Assembly (NCBI GenBank): GCA_964188305.1
Contig: OZ076890.1
DNA: 64,000 nt
Direction: 5' to 3' (one strand)
From: Podarcis bocagei
Taxonomy: Eukaryota
Part shown: in pieces, positions 24,620 through 36,833 of the stretch
Numbering within the stretch: position 1 is the stretch's first letter
Layout of the letters: each line of letters begins with the position of its first letter
Notes under the pieces: generated by a model
Database searches by the model: none
Seen by the model: the letters and a program-made list of their open reading frames with translations, nothing else
Told to the model about the DNA's origin: nothing
Position numbers and translations under genes: made by a program

Positions 24620-27519
24620 TAACAGGGATCAATGACACAAAATATAAATTAACGGGCTAACAGAATAATCTCCCTCGCAGGGAAATCCAGAATACTAGCA
24701 GAAACTGCTTTTTGACAGAAAAACAAAGGTATTTTATCTATCAAACTCAGCATGGCACACAGTTTTATGAATGTAAAACTGAGAAACTGAACTTGAACAA
24801 TTTACTTCTTGTATATTTTATTTGCCTATAAAAACAGTATTTACTTTGGCAAAAAGAGGCGAGATTATTTAGGATGATTTGAACAGATAAACAGAAGTTT
24901 TTTTTAAAAAGTTGAGATACTTTGATTGCTTTCTCTTATTGTAATGGTGAAATGCTGAAGGCCTGGCAGAGCAAAATGTAACTTATTAAGGGCTTCAAAG
25001 AGGGCCTGGTAAACATTTCACTCTGCAGTTGACTTTTCTCAATTAAGATCCCTGACAAACTGAAGGTTGCTGATAAGTTATTTGGTAGCTAAATAACAGC
25101 ACACATATAAAACTTGACATTTCTAAGGATGTGGGCAGGATTTTTTATTTTATTTTTAAGTGAATTATTTGTCTGTGAAAAGGGGAAAAGCCAAGTCAAC
25201 TCATCTGTATTACAGTTACTATGAATGGTGTTTTTCCCCCTAAGTGGTCTAAATACTGGTGTTAGCTTTGGAAATCCTGAGCTAACCTCCCTTCCCCGAC
25301 AAAGAAAAAATCCCCCTACTTTGCTCTGATTAAAAATTAGGAGAAAATTATCTGGATAAGGAATTTCAATATGATGATGCCACTAGCATTATATTTCAGG
25401 AGGCCAAGAGGGCAGATTTTTGTTTTGTATTTATTTGCATTTATTGACAAGCCAAATCATGGCTAAGAGTGAAGATAGGAGCATGTGGATACTCACAACA
25501 AAAAAAGCTTTAATTACAGCAGGACACAGGAATTAAAAGGCTATTCCAAAAGTTTAATGGATGGTTGAGTTTTGAATCATCTTAGCAATGAAAGGTGAAA
25601 ACTTGGTAGCAGAAAGTTGGAACAAAATGAAGGAAACAAGATGAGACTGTTAAATATAATTGTTTAATTGACACTGAAATTGAATATGCTCTGTATGTGT
25701 TTGAATGTGAACTACTGAAGGTTTAACATGGAAAATTCCACTCAGGAATATATTGAAGCTAGGAAGAGCTCTCTAAGTGTAAATGGGTTGATAGTTAACT
25801 TAGAATGTTCTCTGCTAGCTCTCACTAAATCGCCATCGCTTTGAGCCTTTCTTTGGAAGCCACAGAGAACAAAGGAAGTGCTAATGATCTCTCTCCTGAA
25901 GAGAAAAACAGCTCCAAGCTAATGGAGTCTGTGTGGAGAGTCACAGACCTGATTTTAGGTCTGTTTGGAATTATTTCAATTATGTAAGATGATGAAACCT
26001 GTGCTGGACATGTGCCTGATATTATACAACTGTTTGAATGTCATTAATTGGTTTATGTTCTGTTTTGAACCAAGTTCTGTATGTAAAGCTTCTGAATAAT
26101 ATTTATGGGTCTGGGAAATTTTTATTCCAAGAGGAGTCAGTTTGTAGGCATCCTATTGCTTCAAGCTGTGTAATATTAATATTGCAATAGAGACAACAGA
26201 ACACAAGGAAGGAGAACACTGCAATAAAGTGAGAAAGAAAACCAGTGTGACAACCATAGAGAAAAAGCTACATTCTTGATAGTTGTAATGGATGAGGGAC
26301 TTCACAGACAAGCAAGACAGAGGAATCAAAGCTAATACAAGGGCACTGAGAAAGTGGTGTCTGGCTGCCTCAGAGGGTGTGGAGTCCTCATTTGTACCAA
26401 AGGCCACCACGTAATCCTGATCTCCCTTTTCTTCAAAAGTATCACAGAGACTGAGGTCTGAGAGCTATTAATTGGCTTAAACAACATTATACTGAGCTTC
26501 AGAGATAAGATTATGCAGGTATAATTTAAAATACTTTAATGAAAGTTAGGAGTGCTGTGTAAAAAGTGAAAGCTTTGACAAGCTTTTAACCTTAGGGGTT
26601 AATGGTTCATAGAATGTACACAATACGCGAGAACAGTTTTCAGAGATGATAAACTCTGTGAGAGAAATAGATATAGATTATTATAGGTTGCAAGATTCAC
26701 GGTAATTGCAAACACTTCTGGGATAGTTGGAATACTTTGTAAATCCTGCGACAGAAACATCAATACTTAGTGATGTCTTAAGCCTCTACTGGGGCTCTCA
26801 CAGAACTTGTAAGCTTTGTGAGAAAAACACAATTCACAGAGCTTGTTCATCTGAGGCAGTGGAGCATGTAAAATTATGAGTGAAAAAATGATTTGTAAAA
26901 TACGTCTTTGGAATAGATTAAGTACAACACAGGCAATATAAATAGAATTTTTACAGAATATTCAAACTAGACTAGTTCAAGGAAAATTGAAACTAGTTGA
27001 GTCAGATAATTTCTGAGTTCTGTTGTGTGTCATTACATTTTCTTGCTGATTACACAATTTGTTTCTTATTGGTCTTAAGTTAGAATAAATTTGAATCAGG
27101 CAGCTTAATTAAACAAGCCAGACAGAGTCAGAGGAAAATAAAATCTAAATGTCTGTATGTATAATTCATTTCAATAGAAGCATAGAGTGCCCCAGGGGAA
27201 AGGATACAATGCTCATCACACAGAATTTATGAAACTCATAAGGGCTGCACAACAGAAATCACATGGCAGTACATTATATATTTACCTCCTGCCACCACCT
27301 AGTGACCAAATAGAAAACAGCACCAACTTTAATCCCAATCAAAAACTGCCCAGTATCTGAGCTGTTTTATTTACACACCCACACACCACTTCAGACTCTT
27401 TCCCACTGGCTCACAAGTCCATACACCAACTCTTACCCAACAAAATTAATGGCCTTGTCTAACTTAATTCCCTTACTTTCAATGGGTCTACTCTGGGTAA
27501 AAGTTAGTTGAATACAACC

Positions 27520-27561
27520 ATAAGATCCAAGTTAGACTCAATAAGATCTAAGTTAGACTCA
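27520..27561. repeat. 21-bp tandem duplication
   Basis: ataagatc(c/t)aagttagactca x2. Confidence 0.85.
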
Positions 27562-28219
27562 ATATGAAACTTCCATAATTGTAGCTAAAATATTAGTTAA
27601 CTGACATATTCTTTCTAGAACTGATTACTGACATGCTGTCTTTCCTAGTGTACCCATTTTGAATCTACAACCTTTTCAAAAAAGTTTTGAATTTTGGCTG
27701 CCTGACTTTTATTTTCTGCCTGCCATTTCTCTCTATTGTTGCTGATCGACTGCTGTGAGAGATGTTTTCCTAATTCGCGATTCCCAGTTAAACCCATGTT
27801 ACTTTACTTCCACAGGACCAGTGTGATCAGCCTAAGGCTTGGCAGAAGGAAATACTTGACAAAGCAGGATCTCACTAAAATCAGGGGACCCTAGTTCAAT
27901 AAAAAGATGCAAGCAGTCCGATGATCCTGCTGGGCTTCGGTACCAGCAGGAATTCTACCACATCCAGGCACATCTCAGAAAGGCATGAATTCTTCACTAA
28001 CTATTATGGAAGTTTTGATGCAATCAAGCTTTCAACACATTGTGATGTCTCTTGCAATGAGTGCCCATTTATGTTCAAGCCACTCACACATTGCTAGGCT
28101 TTCTTTGTAAAAAAGAAAGAAAGAAAGCCAAACTAGATGCAGAATTAGATGCAAATATACGTACATTATATGCATATGTGGGAAAGACGCAAGTCCCATG
28201 AGGTACTATATGTCTACAG

Positions 28220-29620
28220 CAGTGTTTCCCAACCACTGTTCCGTGGCACACTAGTGTGCCGCGAGATGTTGCCTGGTGTGCCGCGGGAAAAATTAAAAAA
28301 TTTGAAAGTTTTTTTTTTTAAGTCAAATTTTCGATTGGGGCGCCGTCACTAGATGACCCCTGGGGTTCCCTCCCTCCCTCCCGCTCTGCGCCTCCCTCCT
28401 CCTCCTCCTCCTCTGGGGAGGCCCTTCCTGGCTCTCGGCCAAGGCTTGGCGGCTGCCACTCACTCACTCGCTCGCCCACCCGTCCCTCCATCCCTGCACC
28501 TGGCCTCTCCCCCTCCGTCCCCGGCGCGGGGGCTGCCGGGATCCGTAGTCCCCTCGCCCTTGGGCTCCGCGCCCGCGCGGGGTGCGCAAACTACGTTTCC
28601 CAGCGTGGCCTGGCGGGCAGGGGGTTTTGTTTGAAGCGCTCTTCTCCCGGCCATGGACTGAGCGCAGCGGCGACGGGCGGGCGGGCAGGGGCTCTTCCAC
28701 GCAGACCCCGCGCAGCCTGTAGGATGGAGCCCGGGGATCCCCGCGGAGGCGGAGCGGCGGAGGCTGCCCCCCAGGTAGGGCTGCGTCGGGGGGGTGTTTA
28801 TTTTTGCAATGCTGCATCCGCGCCGGAGGGGACGCATCGGACCGCGGGGAGACCCCTTGGCGGGGCGTGCAAGGCAATGCATGCGTGCAGGCGTTGCATG
28901 GAGTGCAGTGCAATGCAATGGCAACGCGGCGCCCTGCATGCATGCATGCAACTTCCACCGGCGCTCCGGACTTGGCAGGTGAGGGGGGTCCCCAGTGGGC
29001 GGCAGAGAGAGCCGGGAGGGCGAAGGGGAGACGGGGGGGAGCAGCGCTGCTCCCCGAGCCGAGCCCGGGGGGAAACTTCGGCGTCGTTGCGCCGGGTGTT
29101 GGAAGAGGAGGCTGGCGGGGGCCCCTCACCTGCAAAACCTGGTCGCCTCTCATATATTTCGTGCATTGCATTCATCGCCCGCTTTCTCCTCCAAGGAGCT
29201 CCCGGGGGCGCGCGTGGTTCTCCCCGTGTTATCCTTGCAACAACAGCCCTGCGAGGTGGGTCAGGCGAGTGGCCCAAGGGAGCACCCAGGGATTGTCCTG
29301 GCCAGGTGGGGTGATTTGAACCCTGCTCTCTGCCCGGTCTTCGTCCTCATTTAGCCCCCACATGTGCATGACTGTGCATGACTGAGGTTTTCCCCCCTCG
29401 TCTTGGCTATGGTGTGAGTCTGTCCTGTTAATTAATGGGGTTCTGCCTTCGGAGAAGATGAGCCAGCCCTCATGGAGGTGATTATGTAATTTGCTAGCAA
29501 TTCATGTCCCTCCCGGCGTGACGCTGCGCGCTGACGTCACGGGGCTGTAATGGTGGTGTGCCTTGAGATTTTTTTCATGAAACAAGTGTGCCTTTGCCCA
29601 AAAAAGGTTGGGAAACACTG
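28220..29620. mobile_element. 1.4-kb non-autonomous hAT transposon with CpG-island-like interior
   Basis: Perfect 15-bp TIR cagtgtttcccaacc / ggttgggaaacactg; gtgtgcc subterminal repeats; perfect 8-bp TSD gtctacag (28212-28219, 29621-29628); no transposase ORF. Confidence 0.93.
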
Positions 29621-31493
29621 GTCTACAGCATAGTTTGATAGGTACTTTTATACAGCTATATACATTGCTGTATGCATCTGCTTATGTGTTGGTTTAAGAA
29701 ACTTGGAAGCGTATATGTGTGTATAATAATGCATATAATATGTGATAATTTGTATTTTTAGCAGAAATGGTAAGATAAGAACTTTCTTCTCACCAAGGAG
29801 CAATATGGGAATTAGAAAGGGAAAAAAACCATGCGGACAAGCTCCACATTGAGATTTTCAGAGAATTCTATTCATAGTGAGGACATTATTATTATTTATT
29901 GAATTTATACACCGGCCTATACCCGGGGGTCTGAGGGCAGTTCACATGCTCAGTTAGAAAAAACGTTCCAGGTAAAGACTGGTGAATCAGTCTATTTTTT
30001 GTCTGTGTCACTTCTGCACGTGCTCAACCTTCTTTCTGTTCCATCTAGTTTCTGAATTAATAATTCAAATGAAAATTTGAATATGTATTTAAATAATATT
30101 TTTAAATCACTTTCATCCCAAAACTAAAAATGCATCTTAAGCGTATTTTTTAAATGTATTTTTTAGCTGAGAACTGTGTTGGTACAATCAAGAAGTGTGA
30201 AAGCCAGCAAAAACTAAGTTCTGGCTCACACATTATTCCAGAAGATGCAAATCAGGCCAATTAATATTGGAATTCACAACCATCTAATTTCTCAAGTATT
30301 CTTACCCCAGGATTTTGAGAGATCATATAGCAACAGCACATCTGGGGGGTTAATTAATTAAATGTCAACAGAGAAGAATCATAACTGACATGACTCTGAA
30401 GACTCTGCTACTCTACTCTGACCACAATACTCATTATTAAAAATGGCTGTCTGTTTAATTTTTTATTTAATTAACAAAACTGATATACTGGTTCACTGTT
30501 ATAAAAACTCCAGGCAGTTTAAATGGATAAAATATTTTCCTTTTTAATCTGTACATTGACCATCCTTCTATCTCAGAAGGGAGATGCTATATTAGTTGTA
30601 TTCTATGTAAGCTTCTTATGAATATCAACCATTCTGGTATATACATCCTATTAAAATAAATAAAATAAATGGCAGGATTTAAATAAACACTCACATTATT
30701 AGTATTAGAAAATGTTTAGAAAATAGTGAAATATTATAGTGTATTTACTTTTATTTTTAGGTTTTTAGACTTGATGTTATATTATTAATAACTTTTTCTG
30801 TTAGGAGATAGCAAAGTGGGTGAAAAGAGAAACAAACCAGAAGCGGAAGTTGGGGGAAGCCCTGGAGGGGAGGGAGGGAGGAATATATAGTAAATGTTAA
30901 GAAATTGAGATGTATGTAATGAATGAAAAAGAAAAATGAATATTTTAAAAAAAAAATAGATAAGAAATAAGCACAAACAGGGGAGGCTTAAGGTTCCTGG
31001 CGGCCCTTGTCCTCTCCCTTTCCTCACACCCTTGTCCATAGCCATTTTAAAATAAAACAAATATTTACCAATATAACAACTCACAATTGTCAAAGAAAAA
31101 CAATACACGCTTTTGAATTTCATTGGTTGCCTTTTTAACATTTTTGTGAACAATCTAACATAACTTATAGGTATATGTTAATCTGCAATCCTATAGTCAC
31201 TTACCTGCAAGTAAGACCCATTGAAATCAATAGGGTTTATTTCTCAATAGGAATGTCATTTGCTGGGATTGTTTACTTCTACAATGGCAAGGGTAACTTC
31301 TTTTAGATTTAATCCTTTCACTTGGATTCTCAATGGATGCACACCCACTCTTTTCCCTCTCCAGAATTCAGCTCACAAGTGAATTCCAAAGAAAATCTGT
31401 GGTATGCTAATGACATTCTCACATTTCCTGAGCCTATCAATCCTCAGTAGAAGCATCCTGCACACTTGTTTGGGCAGTGATAGTGGGGGGAGG

Positions 31494-31911
31494 TAGTGAT
31501 GTATGGAAGTGAGAGCTGGACCATAAAGAAGGCTGATCGCCAAAGAATTGATGCTTTTGAATTATGGTGCTGGAGGAGACTCTTGAGAATCCCATGGACT
31601 GCAAGAAGATCAAACCTAACAATTCTGAAGGAAATCAGCCCTGAGTGCTTACTGGAAGGACAGATCGTGAAGCTGAGGCTCCAATACTTTGGCCACCTCA
31701 TGAGAAGACTCCCTGGAAAAGACCCTGATGTTGGGAAAGATGGAGGGCACAAGGAGAAGGGGACAACAAAGGATGAGATGGTTGGATGGTGTTCTTGAAG
31801 CTACCAGCATGAGTTTGACCAAACTGCGGGAGGCAGTGGAAGACAGAAGTGCCTGGCGTGCTCTGGTCCATGGGGCCACAAAGAGTTGGACATGACTAAA
31901 CGACAACAACA
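31494..31911 (+). mobile_element. Bov-B (RTE) LINE 3' fragment
   Basis: MYGSESWTIKKADRQRIDAFELWCWRRLLRIPWTARRSN...KLRLQYFGHLMR, then a frameshift; (caa)n tail; 12-bp TSD agtggggggagg / agtggggtgagg. Confidence 0.93.
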
Positions 31912-32198
31912 AGTGGGGTGAGGGCAAGGGAGCTGAGGAGAGGAGAAAACGTTTTAAATTTTATCTTCAATACACAATGATGAAGTCTCTTTAGTGTTGT
32001 AAATTATTAAGCTGAAAATGAGGCAAGGACACTATATAGGAGATTGTCATCAGTGGGGAACAGTGCTGAAAAGGCGGAGTTTGCAAATAATATAAGGGGA
32101 AAATCTTATTTCTTAGATTTCACATATGGATAACACCCAAAAACATATAGCCTGACATGCATGTTATGGATGTAGATGTCATGGTTCATGAGATAGGT

Positions 32199-32334
32199 CA
32201 GGCTTCCTCAACCTTGGCCCTCCAGATGTTTTGAGACAACAATTCCCATCATCCCTGACCACTGGTCCTGCTAGCTAGAAATCATGGGAGTTGTAGGCCA
32301 AAAACATCTGGATGGCCGAGGTTGAGGACGCCTG
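32199..32334. mobile_element. Palindromic hAT MITE, family B copy 2
   Basis: caggcttcctcaacct / aggttgaggacgcctg; same core as 20567-20702; perfect 8-bp TSD agataggt. Confidence 0.9.
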
Positions 32335-34517
32335 AGATAGGTGCTGCATTATTATGGCCAGTGGTCACTGAGGAAAATGGCTTATACAGACTTAATAACC
32401 CATACATGTCATCTACCCTTTTTTGTTTTATTGCAAACTACATTTTCTACATCATTCAAGTGGAAATGGCCATTAGTAATGTCTTTCTTACAGAAGCCTA
32501 TTACAGGACCAGGATTATAAGCAGGTGACGTGAAAACCAGCACCAGTTCTGCAACAGTTGTCTTGTCTGTATAAACAGTCTTTTTTCTATAGGAAAAATG
32601 ATTTGGTGTCCATGGCAACATGTCTTCTACAACCTTTTATCATGTGAATGAAGGTATGGTAGCAACATACTGGCATAATAAAAAGGATTGCCAAGGAATC
32701 AAATTTATTTGATTTTCATCTCTCTGACTTATTTCATGTAGATATGTTTCATTTGTCAAGCTGTTTTTCCATTTGTTGCTCATATTTGAGTATTATGTAT
32801 TTTTGGCTCATTTTCTTTGTTTTTACACAACTAAGGCACTTTTTCAGTGAAGGCTACTCATTATCAACCATCAACATGGCCAACAATTGTACTGCGCAGG
32901 CTGTCAAACCAACAGTATAAATAGAACAAACAGTATTATTTCAATCCCCTTAATATGGTACCAATGATATCTCAATTTTAAAGTCTGTATAATTAGAAGA
33001 AACTGTGCTGACAGATGAATGGGGAGTACTGTTTCATACCAGGTATGTTACCTCAGTAAATACATTATGATCAATTACTGACCATATCAGATAGCAGGCT
33101 GAATGAGGATTTTTTTTTTGAGGGGGGGGGGGAGGTGTAATAGAAAGACATCTCCTCAGCCTCTATGAACAGTTTTATCCATAAGCGAAATCTAAAAAAA
33201 TAAAAACCCTTACAGGTTTTGTACTCCCTGTTCTGCATCTTTTCAGTGAAGTACCCAGAAGTTGTTACAGCACATTGTTTATAGTTTCTAATTAATGTGA
33301 TACCTCTTGAGCCCAGCCAAACTGGAGAAAAGTTGTGAAACAACTGTTTTGAGGTTTTTGGTTTTTTTAACATAATTAGGTTTGGGGATTTATTTTAGTA
33401 AATACTATTATAACTCTCTCTTTTTAAAAAAGTTTTTATTTCATTACTGATGGCAAGGGCAGCTAATAATTTTAGTGGGGTGTTAAACCATTTTAAAAAA
33501 GGCTACCTCTCATTTCATCACTGCAGCTAGTAATGACTATCCAATTTTTAGGCCCTCTGTCCACAGACTAAACAGGGAATTTAAAATCTCCATTAACTCT
33601 ACATTATTCTTACATTTAAGAAACAACAGGTTATTGTAATGGACTCTTGTACATATGAACAGCTTGCTGTGTGGAGCCATCCACCACAGGAATTCAAAGC
33701 AATCTTTGTTAAATGTACCAACATGCAAGCAAAGACAGCAATTGGATAATTACAACAACTTCACCATTCTTGTGAGATTGTCAGTTACACTGGGTTCCTT
33801 TACATGTCTTTTGATTGACATTTGTCATAAAATATTCTGCTCTGTATGCTAACATGAAGTTTCACAAGACAAATAACTCCTACATAAATTTTTTACTTGT
33901 TCTTCTTACAAAGTTATTGGCACTTTTAACATTTGAAGGAGAATAATGACAGAATTACTAAATGTTTCATACTATTTCCCCTTAGCAAAAGGATAGCTAG
34001 AAAATTTAACAGTTGGTATACACATTTTGCTATTTCTCATTAGATAGTTATTCCATTATCAAAATTATGTACAAATTGAAAACAGCTCCAAAGAAAAATC
34101 CACATGCTAGAGGTCATCATAATAGTAAAACAAATGTTTTATGAGGGTATATTTCTGGTATTTTCATGCTTTGTTGTTTTAATGAAAATCACAGCAGCCC
34201 AGGAAGCCAGTCGATTAAAAAAACACTTTAACTTTCAATTGTTTTATAGATGTCACTTAACTTTAATCCTGCCTGAACTAGAGTCATTATATAAAACAAC
34301 ATAATGCAACAGAAGGACAGTTAGAATAAATATTTGGGAAATAGCTCATCTAATTTCAAAAAGGAAGCAGACCTTGATCTCATACAATGCTAAATCAAAT
34401 TATGGCTTACTGTGAACAAGTATGTTGGTTCACAGAGAGAAAACTTCCCCTCTTGACGCTCCTATGCTACGCAATGGTTTGCCTTGAGTGTTATGTGCAA
34501 ACTCAGGCTTGTGGTTT

Positions 34518-34597
34518 CATAGAATCATAGACTTGGAAGGGACCCAAGGGTCATCTAGTCCAACCCCCTGCAATGCAGGAATCTCAGCTAAAGCATG
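34518..34597 (-). mobile_element. CR1 LINE 3' end
   Basis: catagaatcatagacttggaagggacc...tcatctagtccaaccccctgc, the reverse complement of the same CR1 terminus seen at 6027-6112. Confidence 0.8.
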
Positions 34598-34789
34598 ACC
34601 CAAGCAAGTCACAAGCATTAAGCCAAGAGTCTTGGCTACAGCTCATGGTTTGTTTGACGTGCGATAAAGCATGAATCAGGTGCAGATGCAACACTGTGCC
34701 AAATATTGATACTTTTTAGTTTAGGAAAAAATGGAACATGGTAAGGCATGAAAAAAGCAGACAGTGATTTTTTTATTTCCTTCTCTCTC

Positions 34790-35370
34790 ACAATGCTAAC
34801 GTTTGGGATGAAACTATGAAGCTGAATGTTGGAGGATTCAGTACAGACAAAATGAAATAGTTCTTCACACAGCACACAGTTAAACTAGGTTATACAGTAC
34901 AAGGTGTAGTGATGGCCAGCAATTTAGATGGCTTTAAAAGGCTTTAGACCAGGGGTCAGCAACCTTTTCCAGCCGTGGGCCAGTCCACCATCCCTCAGAG
35001 CATGTAGTGGGCCGGACTATAATTTTTTGGAGGAAATGAACGATTTCCTATGCCCCATAAATAACCCAGAGATGCATTTTAAATAAAAGGACACATTCTA
35101 CTCATGTAAAAACACGCTGATTCCTGGACTGTGTGGGCCGGATTTAGAAGGCGATTGGGCCTTAGGTTGCCTACCCCTGCTTTAGACAAATTCAAGGAGG
35201 ATAAGGAGATCACAATCTACAATGGCTGTGCACTACCTTCAGTATCAAAAGTATCATGTCTCTGGACATCAGTTTTTGGAAAACACAAGTGGAGGGAGTT
35301 CTGTTGTACCTATGTCTTGCCTATGGGATCTCCATAGGCAGCTGGTTGGCCATTGTGAGAACACGATGCT
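34790..35370 (+). mobile_element. CR1-type LINE 3' fragment interrupted by a hAT MITE
   Basis: gtgatggccagcaatttagatggctttaaaagg...(MITE)...acaaattcaaggaggataagg is colinear with 9876-10188. Confidence 0.7.
34950..35179. mobile_element. hAT (Charlie-like) MITE, family A copy 2
   Basis: caggggtcagcaacc / ggttgcctacccctg; perfect 8-bp TSD ctttagac. Confidence 0.9.
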
Positions 35371-35526
35371 GCAGGTGTTTAGGAGTATGTTCTGACACCC
35401 ACACAAACTGTCTCCTAAAGCAGAATGACGGTAATTGCATTTGTAGGAAGGCTATACATACAGATGATACTTTGCATTTGCTATGATCTACTTCGTACAT
35501 CAAATGTACACAAAGTCATGACTTAC

Positions 35527-35640
35527 TGTACACTGTTCTAGCTGTTTCTCAAGTGCTTCTGAATCACCAAGTGCAGGCCACTCTTCTTTTAGAAAAACAT
35601 CCACTTCAGCCATCCATTTCTTCAGGGTTTTAGAGTCATT
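35527..35640 (-). CDS. DMD: Dystrophin exon 24 (114 nt; not in ORF track)
   Basis: caaaaacag|AAT GAC TCT; NDSKTLKKWMAEVDVFLKEEWPALGDSEALEKQLEQCT; ACA|gtaagt. Confidence 0.96.
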
Positions 35641-36306
35641 CTGTTTTTGAACAAACAATGCATTGTATTATATGAAGCATTCGTTAGTGATAAAATACAA
35701 CTGGACATGTCTTCATGACTAAACATCAAGAGTATCTTTGAGACTGTTAATGTATCTGAATCTCTTTAAAAATGTAAACAAATATTTCATTTGTTTTTCC
35801 TATTTGGTCTATTTACTAACCTTATTGATCACCATACCAGGAAATAGCAGTTCTCTCAGATTTTGTTTACTAAATCATTTAAAATATATAGCAAAATAAT
35901 TGTATATATTGAGAGTAGCCATCACTAGTATTTGTGCAGATATGCATAGATTCTTTATAGTCTGTATGTGTTAGATCAGAGGCAGGCATGGGGGGGGGGA
36001 GAGACGTTCTTTCATCCCATCAAAATATCTTTCCTGTTCTTCTGATTTTGCATTGCTTTTTAAAAGTGTTTTTCTCCCACCACCACCATACACACTTTCT
36101 GTGTAATTTCAGAACAACTGGATGTCATACTTTTTATGTCAATGAGTCTCCTCTGAGTATCACTAATATTCAATACAACCCATTTCTTGGATTAGGCCCC
36201 TATAGGGGAAGATTGCTTTTACTCCATATATGACACTAGGTGAAATGTCACATAGCTGACATCATATGAATAATAAATAAAGGAAGTAAAGAAAATTCCA
36301 GCTAAC

Positions 36307-36519
36307 CTGGAACTGTTGTAACTTAGTGATCAGTTCCTCAAGTTTTTGGCAGTTCTCTGTCAACTGAGTTGATAGCTTCTTCCAACGGCCATGGATCCCT
36401 TCAATTTCTGATTGATATTTCTGACTGACCTCTGCAGGAGCTTTTTTAGACATCTCTTCTACAGTTGTGCTTAAATAGTTGAGTCCATTCTGTTGCTCTT
36501 GCAGGGAACTTTGCAAAGC
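36307..36519 (-). CDS. DMD: Dystrophin exon 23 (213 nt)
   Basis: ttattaaag|GCT TTG CAA; ALQSSLQEQQNGLNYLSTTVEEMSKKAPAEVSQKYQSEIE...ITKLQQFQ; CAG|gttagc. Confidence 0.96.
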
Positions 36520-36687
36520 CTTTAATAAAAATAATAATAGTGCATTGGCTTATATTAAATTCAGTCTAAGAATAAACCATAATGTCTAACATTATGAAAT
36601 CTGTCAGTATGCTTATAGTTATTTTTAAATATATAAACACCAAGTGTTTGTCAATTAAAACAAATTCACCATGTTCTCTGTGCTTAC

Positions 36688-36833
36688 CTTTAGCTCCCTA
36701 AGCCTTTGTTCCATGATTTCTAATTCAGTGACTGTAACCTGAGGTATGGAAAGTTTGGCTTCAGACTGATGAATCCACAAGAGAATAGTGTTCATAGTTT
36801 CCTTATACTGCATGGGTGGCAAACTATCAAAAG
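36688..36833 (-). CDS. DMD: Dystrophin exon 22 (146 nt; not in ORF track)
   Basis: attgcag|CT TTT GAT AGT; FDSLPPMQYKETMNTILLWIHQSEAKLSIPQVTVTELEIMEQRLRELK; AAG|gtaagc. Confidence 0.96.

Noticed and set aside
28353-29354. Several overlapping long ORFs (up to 235 aa) on both strands
   Set aside because: Stop-poor GC-rich DNA inside the hAT element; low-complexity P/G/A/R translations with no transposase or other domain.
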